A stretch of 28,254 bases of DNA from Ginkgo biloba. Lineage: Eukaryota; Plantae; Ginkgophyta. The notes beneath the pieces were generated by a model. That model did not search any database. It saw only the letters and a list, made by a program, of their open reading frames with translations, and was not told where the DNA came from. This document shows, piece after piece, positions 22,063-28,254 of the stretch (positions are counted from its first letter, which is position 1; every line of letters begins with the position of its first letter). Position numbers and translations under genes: made by a program. The DNA lies in contig JANKJI020000004.1 of assembly GCA_024626585.2 (NCBI GenBank), positions 28,415,471-28,443,724 of the forward strand, read 5' to 3'.

Positions 22063-23349
22063 TAGCTAAAAATTACAAGAACATTTATGAAGTGATAAGA
22101 ATTTTAGCTTAAAATATTAATATTTAGTGGGGTAAACAATGTTAGTACTTAAGGGGTACATTTTACAAAGAAATTTGAGAGACCTCTAATTTTTGTTTCT
22201 GCACAATAAAATTTTAAGCAAATGATAATTTATTTTCTTAAAAATTATATATTTAGAAATATTTTGATAAGTAGAATGTTTCATCTTTTAATATCGAGTT
22301 GAAATTCTTAAAGGAACTATGACTTATATGCCGTTGAAGGGATAAAAACACCATTTTTCAATCAAATCCCTTTCCAAAATATAAAAGAAAANNNNNNNNN
22401 NNNNNNNNNNNNNNNNNNNNNNNNNNNNNNNNNNNNNNNNNNNNNNNNNNNNNNNNNNNNNNNNNNNNNNNNNNNNNNNNNNNNNNNNNNNCCTTTGTTC
22501 TCATTAGCTTCATTTAACATTGCCTCGGATGGTCGAAAATATATCCTTACAGTGACAGGAAAAATCCTTCATCTCATTTCACAAGCCCAATCCCCAATTA
22601 AACTTTGATTTATATCTCTTCAGGTTTGCAAGACTCGGGAAAATGGAGTCTTCTCTAAACCACACTAGGCTTATTCCTCAAACTTCAATTTCCTAGATTA
22701 TGTGATGAAGTAAAATTGAACTACTTATCAATGAAGCTGCATAACTTACTCAGGTCCATGAGTTGGGTAGCTATAAGTGATTTTGAACTTTAAAGACATT
22801 AAACGCTCAAACTATGATAAGTTTTCATAGACCCGATAGTGCATTCAAAAGACTCAAATCCTGAACTCGGGTCTATGGGTGGTTTTAAAAACTACTGAAG
22901 TTGTTTTAGAAACTTTTTTTTTCTCACACCATACTTCAGAACCCATCTTTTCTTCCAAACTATTGTCTTTAAAAAAATATCATCAATAATTATTTTCTAT
23001 TTGGGCCCAAGATTCTTCACTGTAAAACTGCCTCTTGAGATATAACAGAAAATCGAGGGTAGTTAACTACTAACTCCATGCAATGTATTAACCATTGCAA
23101 CCTACAACAATTGAGAAAGGTGATTAGTAAGTCATTGATCAAATTATCAGATATAAAGTTAATGATGAACTCCAAACTAGAAAAATTTAAATTACCCAAC
23201 TATGCAGTGTGATTTTCCTTTATCACACTAGAATGTCTCTTCGCTTCTTATGATATATTTCAAGTGTGTTTTTATCCTTGTGATAGTTGTCTATATTAGT
23301 GTGGCCCCATTTATGTGTCAACACTAGGGAGTAATGATTTTTCCTCTTA

Positions 23350-25700
23350 GAATGAAGAGCTTTGGGCATTAATGGGGAGGTGGTAGTATCTCCGATGGTA
23401 GTAAAAGAGAATTCCTTTTATAATTCATAACTTTTAGTTCCAGTAGCAGATGGTTCATACTAGACCAAAGGAACAGGTTTAGGTCCAATGGCCTCAATAA
23501 GATCTTACCTAGGGGAAATAGTAGGAGGGGCATGCACTTGAATTTCTATTTCCTCTTCAGTGATCGTAGCTAAGGTCTCAATATATTATATCAAGGGTCC
23601 TATGGACTCTAAGAGCTATTCCATTGGTTCCTGTTGCATAGGGACTTGGACCCCTTCTATTGAGATTGTGTTAGGAATAAATGACATTCTTTGAGAATAC
23701 CCAAGGATGTCCTCCCCTACTGATGATTCAAGAACTACCCTATTTGAGGGAGAAGATGAGGAAGGTGCCTTTGGGTCTTAGCCCCCTGAGGTGGTCCGCA
23801 CTTTTTTTTCGTTGATCTTAGGCAACGTCGTTACTTCCTTGGATGGATTAGGAATTGGGACCTTAAAGAATCAAAGTAGAACCACGCAAGCTTGAACTTC
23901 ACCAAGCCATGTGCCTGACAATGATCGTCCCTATGTGCTTGTCCTTGCTAGCAAAAGAGGCACGATAAAGGGGGGTTGATCTAGGATTATCTCCATCCTT
24001 GTCCCTTTTCCAGATGAATAGGCTAACTTTTCTTGTACTTGCCTCATTTCTTAGGTTAGCGAAACTAAAGTGTTAATTTATTGGGATAACTCTTCAACCT
24101 CCTATCCTTCAGATTCAATGAACTACAAAGTGTCATTTATGATACTTTCAACTTTGCTTATTATACATTTTTCTTGTTATATCAATTGAGTTATTCTCTC
24201 TTACCTTTGAAATGAGATTAATTCTTCATAGTAATGGCATAAGTTGGTCTCCTTGTTCTTCCACTAACTGGAATCTATGACCTTTATGAGTTATTTGTAT
24301 CCTTCCTTCAGTAATATTCTTTTGGTGGCCAGATGTGTATGCAATATTACTAACCTAGATAGTTGAGATTCCATGGAGTAAGCCTCATTAGGAAGGTCTT
24401 TAATCTCCTTTGGATTTGTTCTTTGATCAAGGATATATTCCACCTTTCGTATGTCAATTGCCTTTTGGTAGCATCCATATACTAGGTAGGAATCAACCTT
24501 AGTTTGTGAATTTCTTGGATGTTGTTGGCTATCTCTTGGAATTTTTGCTCAATTTCCTCCTGTAGACACTCCATGATCTCTACCTTATTTCGCAATTGTC
24601 CTTTTAGGATGTTGCATATGAACGACAGCATAGTGTAATTTATTTTCAAATCAAATAATTCCACCCCTCTACTAGGTGGAGAAAGAGATATTTCCTTCAA
24701 GACCTTTTCCTTTTGTCATAACAAATCAACATGAGGTATGAGATCAACTGGAACCTCTATAGTCGTAGTTGATTCACCCTTTATTGGAACCTCTATAATC
24801 TTCAACAATAACAGATAAATCTTTGCCTTGAACTGAGGATTTTAGTTTTGGGTGTCTAGAAGAGGAATTTCAACTAAGCTTGCCCTTCCCCTTGAAGGAT
24901 CCAACTTATTTTTATGTCTCCAAGAATGTAATTACAGGAAAACTTAGTGGAGACCAAGGAATATGATATGGTTCCTGAGTGAAGGATGCTTTATTGCTTT
25001 TCCAATAATGATATTGGGCACTTGGATAAATAAATGGATCATCAACTACTAATTATATTTAAGACATGGGGTCTCTATTCTACCAATATATTTCCTTGAA
25101 CTTCTAGATAATTCTTTGTATTAGGATGATGTGAGCCCAAGGTTGGATTGACTTCCATCATTTCTATTGAATTTGATATTCCATTAACTTTCATTAGCAT
25201 ATGATTTACATTTTTATTTTGTTCACAACATGTTTCCTTAAGGTAGTTTAATAATACCCTTCATTTCCTATATTAGTTCATTTACTTGGATATTTTTTAG
25301 GGGGCCGATCCAAGTAGTAAGCATGATAGGAGAATTTTTGTATGTAGCAAAAAAGGGTATGAGGTGATATGATGTATGATACAAGGTGTTAAATGCAAAT
25401 TTGATAAGAGATACATCATCCTCCCAAGATCCTTACTTCTGTTAGACATAGTTGCATAATATATCCTTAAGAATTCAATTGACCCATCTTGATTATCAAT
25501 ATTAATCAAGATGGTAAGATGAGATAGATGATAGTTGATCACTGAGTGTCTAGAAGAAGGTGTTCCAAGTTATCCATAAAAATTTGGGATCATGATCAGA
25601 GATAATGGAACATGGTAGTCCATGAAGTCAAAATATGTGTTATAGAAATAATGTTACAATGCCATAACCTTTGTGTGTCATTTTGTTGGATATGAAATGG
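23350..25700 (-). mobile_element. Very old retroelement-derived internal sequence (possible gypsy gag/accessory ORF remnants)
   Basis: Broken minus-strand frames such as IDNQDGSIEFLRIYYATMSNRSKDLGRMMYL weakly resemble gag YDGxxDPxEHL.xF...M. The region is CpG-poor and contains no decisive motif. Confidence 0.3.
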
Positions 25701-26811
25701 GACATTTTTTTAGAGCAGATTGATAACAAGAAGGATTTGGTTATTTTATGATTTTTATTAGGTAGGTTAGTGATGAAATCTAAGCATATACTTTTCTAAT
25801 GTTCATAAAGAAGATTGAGTAGTTGAAGGACTCGAGTGTGTCATTTCTCAACTTTGTTGTGCTAGCATTAGAGGTGGTGCTTAACATAATGTTCCACAAC
25901 TATTTTAATTTTTTATCAGTATTAAGTGCATGTATTAAGGAGGTATGTCTTATAAATGTTACGATGTGATATTAATGGTGGATCATGGTATCTCAAAATT
26001 AACTATTTTTGTAATTCTTTTCTATGAATAATATACAGGTGATTTTCACTATGGAGATGGTAGTGTATATACATTGAGGATTTATGAGTTGTTTATGTGT
26101 GAATATTAAATGTTAAGTAGGGTTTTGCAAAGTCAATATCATTTGGGTATAAATTTTTTATGGTCAGTAAGTCTTCCTATTAAGAATGGTTGGTGAGTAG
26201 GGTTTTCCACGATGGTTTTGTGCGATAACTTTTTTTGTATGGTTGGTGAGTCTATTAAGAATTGTTAGTGTTAAGTCTTGATATTGTGATCGGTGACTCA
26301 ATCTTGTATTCCTATAATATGAATGGTTGAGAAACAATGGAAACGAGGGGTAGAGAGGCATTTTTTTAACCATAGAAAAATTGTTAAATACCACGAGGTT
26401 AGATATAAGGCATGCAAGTTATCACAATACAAATGGTAATGCATAGGAATAAGCTCCATATATGGTTAATTGGATAGCATTAAAATCATAGGTGCTAAAA
26501 TGGGTGATAACACTAAAGGTTCTTATATAAACCACTTGAGTGATATAAGAGATTTTTTCTCTTCATAAAAGAGGGGCAAAGAATTTCTTTTATATTTTCA
26601 AACTATGTTTCAAACATGAATTGTAAAAGAGGGGTATGTTTTATATGTTTATTTACTTGCAGTAAATTCCACAACTCCTTTTGCATACACTAACACTTTC
26701 ACACATAATATATGTGTTGAGGTACTCCAGGGAGTATCCCTGTACCTCCTGATTATTGGGCCAATCGAATTTCCACTGAGTTGGGAGAGAGCATCTACTC
26801 TTTGGAACACA

Positions 26812-26841
26812 ATATACATACATACATACACACACACACAC

Positions 26842-26875
<34 letters not shown>

Positions 26876-26895
26876 TTATATACATATGTATATAT
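26812..26895. repeat. Compound microsatellite (TACA)/(CA)/(TGTATA)n
   Basis: Directly visible, adjacent to a gap. Confidence 0.92.
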
Positions 26896-28254
26896 NNNNN
26901 NNNNNNNNNNNNNNNNNNNNNNNNNNNNNNNNNNNNNNNNNNNNNNNNNNNNNNNNNNNNNNNNNNNNNNNNNNNNNNNNNNNNNNNNNNNNNNNGACAT
27001 TAATTAAAGTTACTAAGCCTATGGCCTACTTGAAGAGCCTACAGATTTCTTAGAGCCAGATTTAGAGGCACAAAATTTACTTACCCAAAAAAAGAAAAAG
27101 AAAAAGTTCAACATTAAAAATATTTGTAGTCATACAATGAAGTAAAAGTATTTTTCTTACTTGTATTATTATTTTTAATCTGATAACAATAAGTGTCTTT
27201 AATATCTAATATCATTAAAAAAATATAAAATGCAAGCTAGTATTAAAATCTTATAGATCTCATACTCCCCATTCTCCACCATCCCTCTCACTACCACTAC
27301 CCATTTTTTAACTAAACCCATTAAGAATGTCTTTGACTACTAGACACATAGAAATGCAGATCTTAATCATCAATATAAAAATCTATAAAGATGAATATAG
27401 AGTAGGATTTATAGCTATAATTATGCTTATACCTAAATCCATTTACAATATGTATGATACAACCAATAATCCTAATATAGGGAACAAAGAGAACATATCC
27501 CTCAATAGTAGATAACTCCACCTATAATTTTTACATTTTCCCATGCCTTTTGATGGAACATCTATAAGAATCCTCAATAAATATGATTTCTTAGATGCAA
27601 GGGTATTTTGAAAAATTAAGATTATACTCTATAAGAAGAGAATGCAAACAATTAAGTTTGAATTAGGCCTACATTATATAATCATGGCCCAATCTATTAT
27701 CATATAAAACAATCACAAGAAATATAGAAATAAAAATCATATACTTGACGCTGAGCTTTTCCTTTGATTAAAAAGGTATAATAAAAATATATTTGGTTTG
27801 CATATAAGTTGTGTATCTAATAGTCAACCTTATCCAACTAACTATAAGGTTTTTATATGAAATAATTAAGAAACAATAGAAATAAAATGCATTTAGGATA
27901 TATGCCACCTCAACACTTATGAAGGTTGGGCACAATCTAAACACATAACTTATCATCTATAAACTAGAGACAACATCCCTAGTTTGAGGAAAATAATTTG
28001 GATACATCCTATCTTATCCTCATAATACTTTATAATATTGAACATTCTTTTTCCTATAAGTAATAGGCCACATGACCTCTTCACCTGGTCTAATCCCCTT
28101 GAAAAAAAGAGTTTTAAGAAAAAGTGGAGGCTTTCGATAGAAGAGAGGAGGAAATTTTTTTGAGCTAAATTTTTTATCTATTTGATATTATATATTGAGA
28201 ATTTTCAATATAAATGAATTAAAATTATATCTCATGTTTATAAAAAAGGGATGA

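Larger units (their letters stand above)
1022..26995. other. Nine assembly gaps
   Basis: N-runs at 1022-1059, 1272-1371, 3584-3683, 6681-6780, 10339-10438, 15206-15305, 19265-19633, 22392-22491 and 26896-26995. Seven are exactly 100 N, so they are probably placeholders of unknown size. Confidence 0.97.

Noticed and set aside
1-28254. Biosynthetic gene cluster
   Set aside because: Only one enzyme gene is visible in the window.

Overview
AT-rich, gap-containing eukaryotic (plant, by inference gymnosperm-like) genomic window with nine N-gaps. It holds one intact protein-coding gene: a two-exon CYP76-family cytochrome P450 on the + strand (11407-12354 and 12447-13079, 526 aa, single phase-0 GT-AG intron). 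The most unusual part is the ~6 kb upstream of the P450. A block of its upstream DNA is present twice. The gene-proximal copy is split at 7400/7401 by a non-autonomous hAT-like element (TIR TAGGGTTGGAATTTG) that carries an intron-containing, pseudogenised TIR-NB-LRR gene fragment and probably other captured sequence, i.e. a Pack-hAT-like element. The same region holds a foldback MITE family with 9-bp TSDs and duplicated G-box/DRE modules. The rest is decayed retroelement DNA (Ty1/copia pol with PPT and 3' LTR, Ty3/gypsy gag fragments, a LINE 3' end, LTR-like repeats), microsatellites and a strict 51-bp-period degenerate array. No RNA genes, CRISPR arrays or prokaryotic systems were found. All family calls come from manual motif recognition, not database searches.
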